In this document: positions 56,492 through 57,402 of the stretch, piece after piece
Numbering within the stretch: position 1 is the first letter of the stretch
How the letters are laid out: the number at the start of each line of letters is the position of its first letter
Source: Anaerolineae bacterium
GTDB lineage: Bacteria > Chloroflexota > Anaerolineae > B4-G1 > DUEL01
Length of the DNA stretch: 57,402 nt
Assembly: GCA_034435875.1 (NCBI GenBank)
Contig: DAOTWL010000023.1
Location: forward strand, 1-57,402
Reading direction: 5' to 3'
Position numbers and translations under genes: made by a program
The notes under the pieces: generated by a model
Told to the model about the DNA's origin: nothing
Databases searched by the model: none
Seen by the model: only the letters and a program-made list of their open reading frames with translations

Positions 56492-57143
56492 ACCGCCCCA
56501 GCAGGCGCAGGATAGCCTCTATGCTGTAGTACCCGGCCAGGGCAAAGGCGATGTTTTTGATGATTTTCCCGGCCGCACAACTGGTCAGAAACTTCCACAC
56601 CGGGAAGCGAAGCGCGCCCGCAATCATCCCGCCCACGTCAAAGACGGGATTGGGGATGACCGCCAGGACGAAGATAACCCAGACCCCCCAGCGGCGCATC
56701 CAGCCCTGGATGCGGCCATAGATGGGGCGGTCGGAGACCAGGGTCTGGCCGCTGTAGCCCAGCAGGTAGCCCGAAAGTTCCCCCAGCGCCTGCCCGATGC
56801 CGGCCACAATCCCCACCAGCCAGGGGTTGAAGACGCCCCCCAGCACCGAACTGACCGCCAGGCCGGGGATAGGCAGGATGATGGTGGCGTTGCTGAGCAG
56901 CCCGACCAGAAAGACCGCCGCGTAGCCGTAGGCCGCCAGTTCCTGGAGCCGGTCCCGGAAGTAGACCGCCGCCGCCAGCGCGCCAACGATGATGACACCG
57001 GTCAGCACCTGCACCGCGCGCAGGTGAGCCGGAGAGGGAGTTTTGGTTTCTAACCGCAAAGGACGCAACGGGCGCGAAAAGTTTTCCCCCTTTGCGTCCT
57101 CTACGTCCTCTGCGGTGAAAAATACAGCCTTCATCGGATTCAC
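56490..57143 (-). CDS. DedA/VTT-family membrane protein
   Basis: LLSNATIILPIPGLAVSSVLGG and GELSGYLLGY. GTG start at 57143 overlaps the upstream stop (GTGA); the alternative is ATG 57134. Confidence 0.75.
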   Translation of the reverse strand: MNPMKAVFFTAEDVEDAKGENFSRPLRPLRLETKTPSPAHLRAVQVLTGVIIVGALAAAVYFRDRLQELAAYGYAAVFLVGLLSNATIILPIPGLAVSSVLGGVFNPWLVGIVAGIGQALGELSGYLLGYSGQTLVSDRPIYGRIQGWMRRWGVWVIFVLAVIPNPVFDVGGMIAGALRFPVWKFLTSCAAGKIIKNIAFALAGYYSIEAILRLLGR

Positions 57144-57402
57144 CGGGGGATGGGGGCGCCGAGACGAACGACGCGTCGCTCCGGCGGCGCGCCCCGGGTA
57201 GCGTTGCAGCAGTCCACCACCCGCCGCGCCGTCCGGACCACCCGCGCGTAATCCACCGACCGGTGCCCGGTCACGATGACGACACAGTCGGCGGATGCCA
57301 GTGCCTCATCGGTCAGGGGCACCGATTCCAGCGTACAGTTGAGCCGGTAGAAGACGTCCCCGCCGACGGTGAAGCGGGGGATGTAGGGGTCGTGATAGCG
57401 GA
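57140..57402 (-). CDS. nucleotide-sugar (UDP-glucose/GDP-mannose family) dehydrogenase, C-terminal part; 5' end lies outside the window
   Basis: ..RYHDPYIPRFTVGGDVFYRLNCTLESVPLTDEALASADCVVIVTGHRSVDY.., the typical C-terminal domain. The ORF is open to the window edge. Confidence 0.7.
   Translation of the reverse strand, partial: RYHDPYIPRFTVGGDVFYRLNCTLESVPLTDEALASADCVVIVTGHRSVDYARVVRTARRVVDCCNATRGAPPERRVVRLGAPIPR

Overview
57.4-kb high-G+C bacterial chromosomal segment. Hand-counted 60-nt lines reach about 75% G+C in core genes. The PT-rich linkers and the G-rich palindromic 'GGGGAGGGGTGAGG' intergenic repeats suggest Chloroflexota, but this is only an inference. About 50 genes are supported, and no rRNA, tRNA or CRISPR was seen. 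Housekeeping and central metabolism: ilvE, leuS, folC, lon, korD/korA, transaldolase, a PyrK-like protein, and tandem PPi- and ATP-type phosphofructokinases. Transport: an Opp/Dpp-type peptide ABC operon, a sugar ABC system, a BMP-family binding protein, an ABC-2 permease and an Amt-like channel. Envelope and regulation: two ECF sigma factors, a sigma/anti-sigma/toastrack/bactofilin-like operon, MoxR-DUF58, GT4 and GT-C-like glycosyltransferases with a polyprenyl synthase, a triple-PA14 protein, a histidine kinase and response regulator pair, and a HEPN-MNT toxin-antitoxin pair. The notable content is mostly non-genic. (1) A ~70-nt cassette of lux-box-like palindromes plus a near-consensus promoter occurs three times, twice immediately after LuxR-type HTH genes. 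(2) A REP/BIME-like family (GTAG head, stem with compensatory changes) sits in intergenic arrays and also in frame inside two glycosyltransferase genes. (3) Heptanucleotide tandem repeats resembling cyanobacterial STRR sequences (short tandemly repeated repetitive heptamers) lie at many cistron junctions. (4) There are MITE-like inverted-repeat elements and several decayed genes: an ABC ATPase, a hybrid kinase, an antitoxin, a LuxR HTH and a transposase. A lower-G+C islet at 52.7-56.4 kb encodes secreted proteins. All calls come from reading the sequence and ORF translations; no database search was run.
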